Assembly: GCA_032115075.1 (NCBI GenBank)
Contig: DAMCRY010000001.1
Span: 19,348 to 83,347 of the forward strand
DNA: 64,000 nucleotides
Source: Massilia sp.
Lineage (GTDB): Bacteria > Pseudomonadota > Gammaproteobacteria > Burkholderiales > Burkholderiaceae_D
Direction of reading: 5' to 3'
The stretch's first letter is position 1. Each line of letters opens with the position of its first letter. Below, in pieces: positions 19,414 through 30,380 of the stretch. The notes under the pieces were generated by a model that saw only the letters and a program-made list of their open reading frames with translations, was not told the origin of the DNA and did no database searches. The position numbers were made by a program, and so were the translations under genes.

Positions 19414-22400
19414 TTACTGGACGACCACTTTCGCCGGCTTTACCGGTTCGTCATCAGGATCCTTGCGATGCGCGAGCCGATAGAGCAGGGGAAGAACGAG
19501 CAGCGTCAGTGCGGTCGAGGACAGGATCCCGCCGATGACGACGGTTGCCAGCGGCCGCTGGACTTCGGCGCCCGTCCCGGTCGCTATCGCCATTGGCACG
19601 AAGCCCAGCGATGCGACCAGGGCAGTCATCAGGACCGGCCGCAGTCGTGTGAGCGCGCCATGCGTGATTGCCTGGTCCAGATCCATTCCCTCTTCACGCA
19701 AGGTCCGGATGTAGGAAATCATCACGAGGCCGTTCAGGACGGCCACACCGGACAAGGCGATGAATCCCACTGCCGCGGAAATCGACAGCGGAATTCCCCG
19801 CAGGGCCAGGGCGATGACGCCGCCGGTGAGTGCGAATGGGATGCCGGTAAAGACGAGCAAGCCATCCTTCACGTTGCCGAACATCGCGAACAGCAAAGTG
19901 AACACGATGAAGAGGGCAAGCGGCACGACGATCTGCAGGCGCTGGGTCGCCGACTCTAGCTGCTGGAAGGTGCCGCCCCAGCTGGTCCAATACCCCGGTG
20001 GGACCTTGACCTTGGCTGCGATGGCAGCCTGCGCTTCAGGAACGAAGGTGCCGATATCCCGGCCGCGCACGTTCGCACTCACGACGATGCGCCGCTTGCC
20101 GTTTTCCCGGCTGATCTGGTTCGGCCCTGGCGTGAAGTTCAGCGTCGCGACTTCGGCAAGCGGAATGTAGGTCGTTGCGCTACCTTCCTTGGCTGGCAGG
20201 GGAATCGGCAACTGCCGCAACGCGTCCAGGTCGGTGCGCATTGCCTCGGGCAGGCGAACGACGATGTCGAAACGGCGGTCGCCCTCGAACATGGTGCCGG
20301 CTTCGCGCCCGCCGGTGGCGATTGCCAGCGCTTCCTGCACGTCGCCGATGTTCAGGCCATACCTCGCTGTTTTTTCACGGTCGATGTCCACGGTCAGCAT
20401 CGGCAGGCCGCCGGTCTGCTCCACCTTGACCTCGGCCGCACCCGGCACCCGTTGCAGGACCTCGGCGATTTCCCTGCCGGTTGATTCCAGCACCTCCATG
20501 TCGTCACCGAAGACCTTCACGGCGACGTCACTGCGTACCCCCGAGATGAGCTCGTTGAACCGAAGCTGGATCGGCTGGGACAGCTCGTACGCATTGCCGG
20601 CATACTTCTCCGCTTCCTCCTCGATCGCCTCGACTAGCTCGGCGCGGGTCTTCTTCGGTGCCGGCCATGCCGACTCTGGCTTGAGCATGACGTAGCCGTC
20701 GGAGATGTTGGGCGGCATCGGGTCCGAGGCAATCTCGGCGGTACCCGTGCGAGCGAATATGCGATCAATCTCCGGGAACTTCGCCTTGAGACCGGCCTCG
20801 AGCTTCTGCTGCATCTCCACCGACTGGCTCAGGCTGGTGGCAGGGATGCGAATCGCCTGCAGCGCGAGGTCGCCTTCATTCAGGTTCGGGATGAATTCGC
20901 TCCCCAGCCGTGTGGCCAGCAGTCCAGACAGGAGCACCAGCACGACGGCGCTCGTGATTACCAGCGCACCATTGCGCAAGACCTTCTCGAGGGCCGGCGC
21001 ATAGGCGCGCTTGGCGGCGACCATGATGCGGTTTTCCTTTTCCGTGACGCGCTTGCCGATGAACAGGGCGACCGCGGCGGGAATGAAGGTAATCGACAGG
21101 ATCATTGCCCCTAGGAGCGCGGCGACAACCGCGAAGGCCATCGGATGGAACATCTTGCCTTCGACGCCAGACAGGGCAAAGATCGGCAGGTACACCACCA
21201 TGATGATGAGCTGGCCGAACAGGAGCGGGCGACGCGCTTCCTTCGCCGCCGCGAACACCTCGTGAAAGCGTTCGTTGAGCGTCAACTGGCGGCGGTGATG
21301 TTCCTGCGCGTGCGCGAGGCGCCGTACGCAGTTCTCGACGATGACGACGGCCCCGTCGATGATGATGCCGAAGTCGAGCGCACCCAGGCTCATCAGGTTC
21401 GCGCTGACCCGGTAGCTCACCATTCCGGTAAAGGTGAACAGCATCGCGAGCGGGATGACCAAAGCCGTAATGATCGCAGCACGGATATTGCCGAGAAAGA
21501 GGAACAGAATCACGATCACGAGGACGGCGCCCTCGAGCAGGTTCTTCTTGACCGTATTAATCGCCTTGTCCACCAGTGTCGTGCGGTCGTACACGGGGAT
21601 CGCCACCACGCCTTTCGGCAGCGAACGGTTCACCTCGACCATCTTGCTGGCCACCGCCTGGGAGACTGCGCGGCTGTTTTCGCCGATCAGCATGAAGACC
21701 GTGCCGAGCACGACTTCGCGCCCGTTCTCGGTTGCCGCCCCCGTGCGCAGCTCGCGCCCGACGTCGACCGTTGCGACGTCACGCACGCGGATGGGAACGC
21801 CGTCGACGTTGCTGAGGATGGTGTTGCGGATGTCGTCCAGGGTGCGGACCTGTCCCGGTGCCCGCACCAGGAACTGCTCGCCGCGGCGCTCGATGTATCC
21901 CATGCCGACGTTGCTGTTGTTGCGGTCGATCGCATTGACGACGTCCGACAAGGACAGCCTGTAGGAACTGAGTTTTGCCGGATCCGGGGCAATCAGGTAT
22001 TCCTTTGCGAAGCCGCCGATCGAATTGATCTCGGTGACCCCGGGAACCTGGCGCAGCTGCGGCTTGATGATCCAGTCCTGGATCTCACGCAGGTCGGTGG
22101 GCGTGTAGGGCGTGCCGTCAGGCTTGTTCGCCCCTGGCTCGCTTTCGACCGTCCACAGGTAGATTTCACCCAGGCCCGTCGAGATCGGCCCCATCATGGG
22201 CGTCACGCCGGCAGGCAGGTTTTCCCTGGCTTCCTGGATCCGCTGGTTGACGAGCTGGCGTGCGAAGTAGATGTCGGTATCGTCGTTGAAGATGACGGTT
22301 ACCTGCGACAGGCCGTAGCGCGACAGCGAACGGGTCTCTTGCAGCCCCGGCAGGCCGGCCATCACGGTCTCGATAGGGAAGGTAACACGCTGCTCGACTT

Positions 22401-22578
22401 CGAGCGGCGAATAGCCGGCCGCGGAGGTGTTGATCTGCACCTGGACGTTGGTGATGTCGGGTACCGCGTCGATGGGCAGCTTCTGGTAGTTGTAGATGCC
22501 GACGGCGGCCATCGCAATGACGGCCAGCATGACTAGCCATCGGTGTTCGATGGCAAAGCGAATGATGCGTTCAAACAT
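19414..22578 (-). CDS. czcA: CzcA heavy-metal RND pump
   Basis: MFERIIRFAIEHRW, LPIDAVPDITNVQVQINT and ALDFGIIIDGAVVIVENC motifs. Confidence 0.95.
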   Translation of the reverse strand: MFERIIRFAIEHRWLVMLAVIAMAAVGIYNYQKLPIDAVPDITNVQVQINTSAAGYSPLEVEQRVTFPIETVMAGLPGLQETRSLSRYGLSQVTVIFNDDTDIYFARQLVNQRIQEARENLPAGVTPMMGPISTGLGEIYLWTVESEPGANKPDGTPYTPTDLREIQDWIIKPQLRQVPGVTEINSIGGFAKEYLIAPDPAKLSSYRLSLSDVVNAIDRNNSNVGMGYIERRGEQFLVRAPGQVRTLDDIRNTILSNVDGVPIRVRDVATVDVGRELRTGAATENGREVVLGTVFMLIGENSRAVSQAVASKMVEVNRSLPKGVVAIPVYDRTTLVDKAINTVKKNLLEGAVLVIVILFLFLGNIRAAIITALVIPLAMLFTFTGMVSYRVSANLMSLGALDFGIIIDGAVVIVENCVRRLAHAQEHHRRQLTLNERFHEVFAAAKEARRPLLFGQLIIMVVYLPIFALSGVEGKMFHPMAFAVVAALLGAMILSITFIPAAVALFIGKRVTEKENRIMVAAKRAYAPALEKVLRNGALVITSAVVLVLLSGLLATRLGSEFIPNLNEGDLALQAIRIPATSLSQSVEMQQKLEAGLKAKFPEIDRIFARTGTAEIASDPMPPNISDGYVMLKPESAWPAPKKTRAELVEAIEEEAEKYAGNAYELSQPIQLRFNELISGVRSDVAVKVFGDDMEVLESTGREIAEVLQRVPGAAEVKVEQTGGLPMLTVDIDREKTARYGLNIGDVQEALAIATGGREAGTMFEGDRRFDIVVRLPEAMRTDLDALRQLPIPLPAKEGSATTYIPLAEVATLNFTPGPNQISRENGKRRIVVSANVRGRDIGTFVPEAQAAIAAKVKVPPGYWTSWGGTFQQLESATQRLQIVVPLALFIVFTLLFAMFGNVKDGLLVFTGIPFALTGGVIALALRGIPLSISAAVGFIALSGVAVLNGLVMISYIRTLREEGMDLDQAITHGALTRLRPVLMTALVASLGFVPMAIATGTGAEVQRPLATVVIGGILSSTALTLLVLPLLYRLAHRKDPDDEPVKPAKVVVQ

Positions 22579-22592
22579 GTCCGGATCCTCGC

Positions 22593-23816
22593 TTAGTGTT
22601 CATGCTCGGCACTGCCCTTGCCCTGCTGAGCCTTCACGACGAAGCTACCGGTCGTGACATAGGGTGCGCCCGAGGCCAGGCCGGAGACGATCTCCGTCAG
22701 CTTTCCGTCGCTGACGCCGGTGGTCACCGGCTGGGCCTGGAAGCCCTTTGCGGTTTTGACGAACACGACGTTCTTGCCTTCCAGTGTCTGCAGGGCGTCG
22801 GAAGCAACGGCAACCGCAGCGTCCTTCTGCCCACTGACTACGGAAACGTTGACGAACAGGCCGGGGCGCCATGCGAGTCCCGGATTGTCGATCACGACCC
22901 GTGCGCTTGCGGTCCGGGTCTCCTCCCCGAGAAGGTTGCCCACGTAACTGACCTTGCCTGCTACGGACGGGCCACCGGCCGCCGACCTGACCGTAACCGC
23001 CTGGCCGATCCGGACCGAGGCCAGGTCTCTGGGCGAGACTGCGATGTTCACCCACACGGTCGACAAGTCCGAAATGAGGAAGGCATTTGCGTCCTCTTTC
23101 ACTGCTTCGCCCTGGGCGAGGTGTTTTTCGACGACCACACCGGTAAACGGAGCGCGCAGGACAAAGCGGTTGACCGCGCCGGCCGATACGTCGGCGCCGA
23201 GTGCGGTCAGTTTCGAGCGGGCCGCCTGCGACTCGATCTCGGCTTCGCGATAGGCCTGTTGGGCCTGGAGGTAATCCTGCTCGGCGGAGACCTTTTGTTC
23301 CCACAGCTTCTTTTCGCGCTCGTAGGTGATGCGTGCCAGCTCGAGCCTCTTGCCGGCAGCAAGCGCGGCACTGCGCAGGTCCGCCAGTTCGGCGCTGGCG
23401 ATGACGGCCAGCGACTGTCCCTTCTTGACATCCTGGCCAAGCGAGGCGGCAACCGATTCGACGACGCCCGCAACGCGCGGGACGACATGCGCCGTGCGGT
23501 CTTCGTTGAAGCGCACCTCGCCGGGGAGGACAAGTTCGGTGCGAATGGCTGCCGGGCCGGCCGTTGCCGTGGCGATGCCGGCCGTCTGGATCTGTTGCGG
23601 ACTCATTTCGATGAGGCCGGGCTCTTCGGCATGACCTTCTTCCTTCTCGTCGCCGTGTTCGGCCTTCGTCTCGGCGGTTTCCTCCGCGTGCTCGCCGCCT
23701 TCCGGTGCCGGGGTGCTATCGCCTTTCCAGAACACGATCAGCAGGGCCAGTACGATGCCGACCGCGATGACAGCCGCGATGGAAAGCGCCGATTTTTTGT
23801 CGATATTGAACTTCAT
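22593..23816 (-). CDS. czcB: CzcB periplasmic adaptor
   Basis: N-terminal TM, His/Glu-rich linker, GEVRFNEDRTAHVVPRVAG and WRPGLFV. Confidence 0.92.
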   Translation of the reverse strand: MKFNIDKKSALSIAAVIAVGIVLALLIVFWKGDSTPAPEGGEHAEETAETKAEHGDEKEEGHAEEPGLIEMSPQQIQTAGIATATAGPAAIRTELVLPGEVRFNEDRTAHVVPRVAGVVESVAASLGQDVKKGQSLAVIASAELADLRSAALAAGKRLELARITYEREKKLWEQKVSAEQDYLQAQQAYREAEIESQAARSKLTALGADVSAGAVNRFVLRAPFTGVVVEKHLAQGEAVKEDANAFLISDLSTVWVNIAVSPRDLASVRIGQAVTVRSAAGGPSVAGKVSYVGNLLGEETRTASARVVIDNPGLAWRPGLFVNVSVVSGQKDAAVAVASDALQTLEGKNVVFVKTAKGFQAQPVTTGVSDGKLTEIVSGLASGAPYVTTGSFVVKAQQGKGSAEHEH

Positions 23817-25117
23817 GGGCTAATCCTGTTGGTATTGGTGGAGCCGGTGCCAGCATCGGCAAACCGGCCAAGCTCCGCGCTGAATCGGTAGCTGTCGTAG
23901 AGCGCCTGGACGTATTGCGCGCGGCTTTGCAGCAGGGTGCGCTGGGCATCAAGGACATCCAGGAAGTTGAACTTGCCGGCCTCGAAACCGATGACGGCGG
24001 CATCGAAGACGCGTTGCGCTTCCGGGAGAATTTCCTGTCGCATGGTGTGCACTTGTTCCCTCGCCAGCTGGGCGCGCTGATAGGTACTGGTCAAGGTCTG
24101 GTCGAGCCTCAACTGCTGCGCATCGCTTTCGGCGCGCGCCTTGTCCGCACGGGCGAGCGAAGCTTGCAGATTGCCCTGGTTCCGGTTGAACAAGGGGAGC
24201 GGGAGCGAGAGGCCGAGCACGGTTTGCGTTCGCCCCATCTCCTCATCCTTCTGCCGGCCGACGACAAGGGTGACGTCGGGCATGCGCTGCGCGCGGTCGA
24301 CCGACACCTGCGCCTCTTCGCGCTCGACCTGCAGGCGTGCGCGCTGCAGCTGTGGCGAGCCCGCCAGGCGTGTTCGCAGGACTTCAAGGGAAGGAATAGC
24401 CGCGAGATCGTCTGCTGGCTCGACCAGGGCGAGAGTTTCCGGCTGTGCCTGGCCCCAATACGCCGTCAGCAAGCCGCGCGCGATAAGCAGTTCGCCGTCG
24501 GCCTGGGAACGATCGAGGCGTGCAGTCGACTCGGCTACCTTTGCACGCGACAGTTCGACCGGTGACACACGCCCGGCGGCAACACGCTTCTCCGCGGCGG
24601 CCCTTGCTTTTGACGCAATGTCGAGCGAGGTTTGCGCAAGGCGTACCCGTTCCTGGGCGCCCAGCGCGTTGAAATAGGCCGCGGTGACGTCAGCGCGTAG
24701 TTCGGCCCGGGCGACACTTGCGGCCGCAAGCGCGAGCCGGCTGTCGCGCTCGGCAAGTTCCACGCGGGCCCGGCGCTTGCCGCCAAGCTCGACCAATTGG
24801 CTCAGCTCGAAGGTGCGCGTACGCGTTCCGCGCTGCGTTCCCTCGGTTGTATAGGAGACTGTGGGGTTCGGCAGCAATCCGGCCTGGCGGCGCCCGGCGC
24901 CGGCGATGACGATGTCGAGGGCGCTAGCGCGCAGGCTCGGGTTGGCGGCCATGGCCATGCCGACCGCATTTTCGAGCGTGAATGGCGCGCCGACGGCGGG
25001 TACGGCGGAGACAGCGTCCGGGCGGCTGACTGGCGGATCGCCAGCCAGTTGCGCGGCCGCAGGGAGCGCCCATGCCAATAGCACGAGCGACCCGACAACA
25101 ATACGTTTGGGGTGCAT
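23813..25117 (-). CDS. czcC: CzcC TolC-family outer membrane factor
   Basis: Signal peptide, QAGLLPNP, LSLPLPLFNRNQG and GKFNFLDVLDAQRTL. Confidence 0.92.
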   Translation of the reverse strand: MHPKRIVVGSLVLLAWALPAAAQLAGDPPVSRPDAVSAVPAVGAPFTLENAVGMAMAANPSLRASALDIVIAGAGRRQAGLLPNPTVSYTTEGTQRGTRTRTFELSQLVELGGKRRARVELAERDSRLALAAASVARAELRADVTAAYFNALGAQERVRLAQTSLDIASKARAAAEKRVAAGRVSPVELSRAKVAESTARLDRSQADGELLIARGLLTAYWGQAQPETLALVEPADDLAAIPSLEVLRTRLAGSPQLQRARLQVEREEAQVSVDRAQRMPDVTLVVGRQKDEEMGRTQTVLGLSLPLPLFNRNQGNLQASLARADKARAESDAQQLRLDQTLTSTYQRAQLAREQVHTMRQEILPEAQRVFDAAVIGFEAGKFNFLDVLDAQRTLLQSRAQYVQALYDSYRFSAELGRFADAGTGSTNTNRISP

Positions 25118-25231
25118 GAATAAACTCCGAAAACAATAGGCGAAGGATATTCAGCGACGATTCGCATCAGGAATGCCTTGACGACACTCCTGGAAGATCT
25201 TGGGACCGATTAGTTACGAGTCGCCGCCGAA

Positions 25232-25594
25232 TCAGACGACGGCAACCCATTGCGGCCGCTCAGGCGGGGCCATATCGATGGAGGAAAGGCGGAGCAGGGG
25301 GGAGATAGGTGCAAAGCGCAGAGGTTCGGAAACCGCCACTACCACCGGCAGCTCCTCGAATGTCAGAGGCGTGTGGGTACAGGAAGTGCAGTGTGAATGC
25401 AGGGTCCCTGTTTTCGACTTGACAGGCTGGTCGAGCGAACTGAAAGCCTCTTGAGCAGGCTCGTCGTGCGACGCATGGTGGCCAAGATGTTGTGCAGCGC
25501 GGCCGGTTTCGTGCTCGCAATACTCTGCCACGATGCTCCAGCTGAGCTGAAGCATCATGATTGTTAGCAAAGCATAAATAAACCGGCGAGTCAT
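25232..25594 (-). CDS. czcI: CzcI-like leader protein
   Basis: LQLSWSIVAEYCEHE...HLGHH...HSHCTSC...APPERPQW; first gene of czcCBA. Confidence 0.8.
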   Translation of the reverse strand: MTRRFIYALLTIMMLQLSWSIVAEYCEHETGRAAQHLGHHASHDEPAQEAFSSLDQPVKSKTGTLHSHCTSCTHTPLTFEELPVVVAVSEPLRFAPISPLLRLSSIDMAPPERPQWVAVV

Positions 25595-25600
25595 GAAAAA

Positions 25601-25609
25601 AGTATAGCA
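25601..25609 (-). promoter_or_regulatory. Extended -10 promoter, predicted leaderless czcI transcript
   Basis: Minus strand TGC-TATACT, 6 nt, then ATG; no Shine-Dalgarno. Confidence 0.6.
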
Positions 25610-25815
25610 CGGCCTATTGCATTGGACCGCACCGTCCTCTTCCTTTAGTCCCGAGGTCTTCGAACTTCGGACGGTGCCTCGATGTCGATCGCAATGTGTT
25701 CGAACGCTTTGTTGCCAACAAGGTTTTTCACCTGCGACTTGTTCGACATGCCTTGGTCGGCAATGGCTGCCGGCGGCGTGGCTTCAGCGATCGCAGCACC
25801 CAGCAGTCACAGATT

Positions 25816-26043
25816 TCAAAGACGACGCGCTGAGTCGCAGCAGGGATGGTCCAGTTGAATCGGCGGGCACTCTACCGTTCCGTACGAGCAAAAGACGCAA
25901 CAGTCGCCAGTCTTCGGGCGCAGCAGGACTGCGCACCCTTCACATGCGTAATAAAACTGACACGCGTCAGTTGGCATGGTTTCCGCTTTGCTGTGCCCGC
26001 AATGCGGGCAGGTCAGGACCGACTCCAGGATAACTTTGGTCAT
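25816..26043 (-). CDS. GDCCVxC domain-containing Cys-rich protein
   Basis: SVLTCPHCG...MPTDACQFYYACEGC...KTGDCCVFCSYG..CPP; last gene of the mer operon. Confidence 0.85.
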   Translation of the reverse strand: MTKVILESVLTCPHCGHSKAETMPTDACQFYYACEGCAVLLRPKTGDCCVFCSYGTVECPPIQLDHPCCDSARRL

Positions 26044-26047
26044 CGGG

Positions 26048-26326
26048 CTATTTCCTGGCAATCGAAGGGAAACCAGCGTTGGCTGTCGCTTTCGTCAGCA
26101 TCGCTGCGCCGGCCTTGTCGGGGTCAATCCGTACGGTGGCCGTCTTGTGTGCGTAATCGATTTTCACCTCGCTGACGCCCGGGACCTGCTGAAGCGCCTT
26201 CTTGACAGTAATCGGGCAAGTTGCGCAGGTCATATTCTGCACGTCGAGGGTAAGGGTTTGTGTTGTGCCGGCGATTGCCGAACCGGTCAGCAATAATCCG
26301 GCGATAGCGATGTTATCGAAGCGCAT
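26048..26326 (-). CDS. merP: Periplasmic mercury-binding protein
   Basis: Signal peptide, MTCATCPITVKKAL and ATANAGFPS. Confidence 0.9.
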   Translation of the reverse strand: MRFDNIAIAGLLLTGSAIAGTTQTLTLDVQNMTCATCPITVKKALQQVPGVSEVKIDYAHKTATVRIDPDKAGAAMLTKATANAGFPSIARK

Positions 26327-26338
26327 CGAATAATCCTT

Positions 26339-26677
26339 TCAGTAGAACAGCGAGGCGTACAAGGGAAAGGTCAGCAGCAGTATGACCGGCAATGAAACAA
26401 GCCAGAACAAGATGCGCTGGTTCCTGAGAACATGGTCGTCGGAACAGGCTTCAGTTCGCGTGCAGGTGCGCCGCCGCACGTACAAGTTATTGAATACGAT
26501 GCCGAGGCACAGTGCCGTGAGCGCGGTAAGATATGGGCTGTAGGGTTCGAGCGCAATGAGATGGGACGCCCAACCGCCCCCGATACCCAGCAATAGAAGG
26601 ACGAGCGGTCCCGCGCAACAAGCTGATGCACCCAGCGCAGCCAGTACACTTGCGACCAACGTTCCTTTGATTCGCAT
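26339..26677 (-). CDS. merT: Mercuric ion transport protein
   Basis: GASACCAGPLVLLLLGIGGGW, LEPY and a cytoplasmic CxxxxxC loop; ATG at 26677. Confidence 0.9.
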   Translation of the reverse strand: MRIKGTLVASVLAALGASACCAGPLVLLLLGIGGGWASHLIALEPYSPYLTALTALCLGIVFNNLYVRRRTCTRTEACSDDHVLRNQRILFWLVSLPVILLLTFPLYASLFY

Positions 26678-26711
26678 CTTTTTCCTGCCTGAATCGGTTT
26701 GATACACAGAT

Positions 26712-26743
26712 AGGATAAACTCCGTACATAGATACGGAGTCAA
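26712..26743 (-). promoter_or_regulatory. MerR operator/promoter for merTP
   Basis: Dyad ACTCCGTA-N6-TACGGAGT (26719-26740), with -35 TTGACT and -10 TATCCT at a 20-nt spacer; closely resembles the Tn21/Tn501 merO/P. Confidence 0.88.
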
Positions 26744-26747
26744 GTGT

Positions 26748-27146
26748 ATGCCTGAGAAAATGACCATCAGCCGCTTGGCGACCGCCGCCGGCGTGAACGT
26801 CGAAACTGTCCGGTTTTACCAGCGCAGTGGATTGATCGATGAGCCGGAGCGGCCACGTAGCGGCTACCGCACCTATGGAGACGAACATGTACGCCGGATT
26901 CGCTTCGTCAAGCGCGCGCAGCTCCTAGGCTTTACGCTTGAGGAAATTGCAAGCCTGCTGAAGCTGGAAGGCTCGGGGACATGTTCGAGCACGCGCGCGC
27001 TCGCGACGAAAAAGCTCGCCTTGGTGGAGGCAAAGATGGGTGACCTCTTTGCGATCAGGACAGCACTGGCCACGATGCTTGCGCGCTGCGACAGCGAAAC
27101 TCAGGAGACGAGCTGTCCGATCATCCAGGCATTGATCGACGACTGA
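26748..27146 (+). CDS. merR: Hg(II)-responsive regulator
   Basis: GVNVETVRFYQRSGL, AQLLGFTLEEI and three Cys (GTC, ARC, SCPII). Confidence 0.9.
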   Translation: MPEKMTISRLATAAGVNVETVRFYQRSGLIDEPERPRSGYRTYGDEHVRRIRFVKRAQLLGFTLEEIASLLKLEGSGTCSSTRALATKKLALVEAKMGDLFAIRTALATMLARCDSETQETSCPIIQALIDD

Positions 27147-27230
27147 TTCGGCAAGTAAGCTCGGAGCAAGAAAACAGGATGGTCCGGGCGAGGAAAACGC
27201 GCCTTCATGCATGTCCGGCGCGTCTTGAAG

Positions 27231-30200
27231 CTAGGTCTCCTCATTCTTCCTTTTACCCATGCGCCGCTCTTGCAGCATCCGCCAGGCGGCAGGGATCACG
27301 AACAGCGACAGCAGCGGCGCCGTCACCATCCCGCCAACCATCGGTGCCGCAATACGCTGCATGACCTCGGAGCCGGCCGCGCTTCCGAACATGATGGGAA
27401 GCAGCCCGGCCACGATGACCGCTACCGTCATCGCCTTGGGCCGTACCCGCAGGAGCGCACCTTCCGTGATGGCTTCCAACACCAGCTCGCTGGTCAGTGC
27501 GCGTCCGGCATCGAGCCGGCTCTGAAGCGCATTGCGCAGATAGACCTGCATGACGACACCGAATTCCGCCGCCAGCCCTGCCAGAGCGATGAACCCTACC
27601 GCCGTTGCGACCGATACCGCGTGACCGAGCAGCCAGACGAGCCAGAATCCGCCCACGAGTGCGAAGGGCACCGTCGCCATCAGCAGTATCGCTTCGGACG
27701 TGGAGCGGAAGGCCAGGTAAAGCAGCAGGAAGATGACCAGCAAGGTGAGTGGAACCACGGTCATCAGGCGCTCGGACGCGCGCTCGAGATACTCGAACTG
27801 CCCCGACCAGCCGATCGCATACCCTGGGGGCAGCGTAACCTTGTCGCGGACCCGCTCCTGCATCGCACGAACGGCGGTGAGAAGGTCGACGCCGCGGACA
27901 TCGACATACACCCAGCCGGACAAGCGCGCATTCTCGCTTCGGATCATCGGGGGACCGTCCATCACGACAATCGTCGTTACGTCGCCAAGGCGAATCTGAG
28001 CGCCGCGCGCGGTGACGACCGGCAGTTCGCGCAGGGCCTGCACCGAATCTCGGTAGTCCTGCGCGTAGCGCACGTTGATCGGGAAGCGCTGCCGCCCGTC
28101 CACGACCTCGCCCACGTTGTCGCCACCGATTGCCGTGGACACCACCGTCTGGATGTCGGCCACGCTCATCCCGTAGCGCGCGGCGCGCTGCCGGTCGATG
28201 CTGACGTCGATATAGCGGCCGCCGCTGAGCCGCTCGGCGAGCGCGGAACTGACGCCGGGTACGGACTTGACGGCGGCTTCAATAGCGGTCGTCACCCTGT
28301 CGATCTGGCCCAGGTCCGGCCCGGAAACCTTGATGCCGACCGGCGTCTTGATACCGGTCGAGAGCATGTCGATGCGGTTGCGGATCGGCGGCACCCACAC
28401 GTTCGACAGGCCCGGCACCCTGACGATGCGGTCAAGTTCCTCCACTAGCTTCTCTTTGGTCATGCCAGGCCGCCACTGGTCCTTCGGCTTGAACTGGATC
28501 GTAGTCTCGAACATCTCCATCGGCGCCGGGTCGGTCGCGGTCTCCGCGCGGCCTGCCTTGCCGAAGACCGTGGCCACCTCGGGCACCGTCTTGATCAGCC
28601 GATCGGTCTGTTGCAGCAGCTCGCCCGCCTTTGCGGCGGACAGGCCGGGCAGGGCCGACGGCATGTAGAGCAGGTCGCCCTCGTTCAGGGGCGGCAGGAA
28701 CTCACCACCCAGGCGCGAAATGGGAATCGCCGTCAGCATGAGCGCGATCACGGCGATGCCCAGGGTTGTCTTCGGATGGCGGAGACTGGCGTCGAGCAGC
28801 GGACGGTAGCCCTTGATGAGCAGGCGGTTGATCGGGTTGGCCGACTCCTTCGGAATCCTGCCCCGGATGAGGTAACCCATCAGCACAGGAACCAGGGTGA
28901 TCGCAAGCCCGGCGGCTGCCGCAAGCGTGTAGGTCTTGGTGTAGGCAAGAGGTGCAAACAGCTTGCCTTCCTGGGCTTCGAGCGCGAACACCGGAATGAA
29001 GGACAGGGTCACGATCAGCAGTGAAAAGAATAGTGCTGGTCCGACTTCGACCGAAGCCTGGGCAATGATCTCCCAGCGGGTCCTGGCGTCGGGTGCCGCG
29101 GCTTCGTTGGCGTCCGCATGGGCCTCTAGGTGCTTGTGCACGTTCTCGACCAGGACGAGCGCGGCATCGGTGGCGGCGCCTACGGCAATCGCGATACCCC
29201 CGAGCGACATGATGTTGGCATTCACGCCCTGGTAGCGCATGACGATGAATGCAGCCAGCACGCACAGCGGCAGGGTGAGGACGGCCACGAGCGCACTGCG
29301 CACATGGAACAGGAAGACCGCGCACACGATCGCGACCACGACGAATTCTTCAATGAGCTTGCTTCCCAGGTTCGCCACCGATGCGGAGATCAGCGTCGAA
29401 CGGTCATAGGTCGTGACGATCTCGACACCTTTCGGGAGCGAGTGCTTGAGCGTTTCGAGCCTTGCCTTGACGGCGGCAATGGTGTCGAGGGCGTTCTTCC
29501 CGGACCGCATGATCACGACGCCGCCGGCAACCTCGCCCTGGCCATTGAGCTCGGCGATTCCGCGTCGCATCTCGGGCCCCAGGCGCACCGAGGCGACGTC
29601 CCGCAGCAGGACCGGCGTGCCGGCTTCGCTCGCGTTCAGGACGATGTTGCGGAAGTCCTCCAGGGAACGCAGGTAGCCGTGGGAGCGGACCATGTACTCG
29701 GTCTCCGCGATTTCGACGACGGAGCCGCCGGATTCCTGGTTGGCCTGTGCGACCGCATCGAGCACCCGGGTGTGGGACATGCCGAATGCGCGCAACCGGT
29801 CCGGATCGAGGACGATCTGGTACTGCCGGACCATGCCGCCGATGCTGGCGACTTCCGCGACGTCGCGCACCGTCTTGAGCTCGAACTTCAGGAACCAGTC
29901 GTTGAGGGCGCGCAGCTGGCTGAGGTCATGCCGCCCGGTCCGGTCGACCAGCGCATACTCGAATACCCAGCCCACTCCGGTACCGTCGGGTCCCAGTTCG
30001 GCCCGCACACCCGCGGGAAGGCGGTTCTGCACCTGGTTGACGTACTCGGTCACCCGCGAACGCGCCCAGTACAGGTCGGTTGCGTCATCGAACAGCACGT
30101 AGACGAATGAGTCGCCGAAAAAGGAATACCCGCGCACCGAGGTCGCTCCGGGCACGGACAACAGGGCCGTAGTCAAGGGATACGTGACCTGGTCTTCGAC

Positions 30201-30380
30201 CAGCTGCGGCGCTTTGCCCGGATACTGGGCGCGAATGATGACCTGGGTGTCGGAAAGGTCGGGCAGGGCGTCGAGCGAGGTCGTGCGCAGCGAATGGACG
30301 CCCCATGCCGCCAGCAGGCCGGCGGCAAGCAGGACCCAGACCCGGGCGGCGATCGAGGCGCGAATAATGCGCGCGATCAT
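27231..30380 (-). CDS. cusA: CusA/SilA Cu(I)/Ag(I) RND pump
   Basis: [35 protein letters not shown] and RVRPKAMT. Confidence 0.93.
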   Translation of the reverse strand: MIARIIRASIAARVWVLLAAGLLAAWGVHSLRTTSLDALPDLSDTQVIIRAQYPGKAPQLVEDQVTYPLTTALLSVPGATSVRGYSFFGDSFVYVLFDDATDLYWARSRVTEYVNQVQNRLPAGVRAELGPDGTGVGWVFEYALVDRTGRHDLSQLRALNDWFLKFELKTVRDVAEVASIGGMVRQYQIVLDPDRLRAFGMSHTRVLDAVAQANQESGGSVVEIAETEYMVRSHGYLRSLEDFRNIVLNASEAGTPVLLRDVASVRLGPEMRRGIAELNGQGEVAGGVVIMRSGKNALDTIAAVKARLETLKHSLPKGVEIVTTYDRSTLISASVANLGSKLIEEFVVVAIVCAVFLFHVRSALVAVLTLPLCVLAAFIVMRYQGVNANIMSLGGIAIAVGAATDAALVLVENVHKHLEAHADANEAAAPDARTRWEIIAQASVEVGPALFFSLLIVTLSFIPVFALEAQEGKLFAPLAYTKTYTLAAAAGLAITLVPVLMGYLIRGRIPKESANPINRLLIKGYRPLLDASLRHPKTTLGIAVIALMLTAIPISRLGGEFLPPLNEGDLLYMPSALPGLSAAKAGELLQQTDRLIKTVPEVATVFGKAGRAETATDPAPMEMFETTIQFKPKDQWRPGMTKEKLVEELDRIVRVPGLSNVWVPPIRNRIDMLSTGIKTPVGIKVSGPDLGQIDRVTTAIEAAVKSVPGVSSALAERLSGGRYIDVSIDRQRAARYGMSVADIQTVVSTAIGGDNVGEVVDGRQRFPINVRYAQDYRDSVQALRELPVVTARGAQIRLGDVTTIVVMDGPPMIRSENARLSGWVYVDVRGVDLLTAVRAMQERVRDKVTLPPGYAIGWSGQFEYLERASERLMTVVPLTLLVIFLLLYLAFRSTSEAILLMATVPFALVGGFWLVWLLGHAVSVATAVGFIALAGLAAEFGVVMQVYLRNALQSRLDAGRALTSELVLEAITEGALLRVRPKAMTVAVIVAGLLPIMFGSAAGSEVMQRIAAPMVGGMVTAPLLSLFVIPAAWRMLQERRMGKRKNEET

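Noticed and set aside
214..22578. Inverted DNA similarity between the two CzcA-family genes as an invertible segment
   Set aside because: The similarity is patchy and limited to conserved protein motifs of paralogues; no recombination sites were seen.
25816..26043. Selenocysteine recoding in the GDCCVxC protein
   Set aside because: All motif positions are Cys codons; the only UGA is terminal, is followed by another stop three codons later, and no SECIS was recognised.
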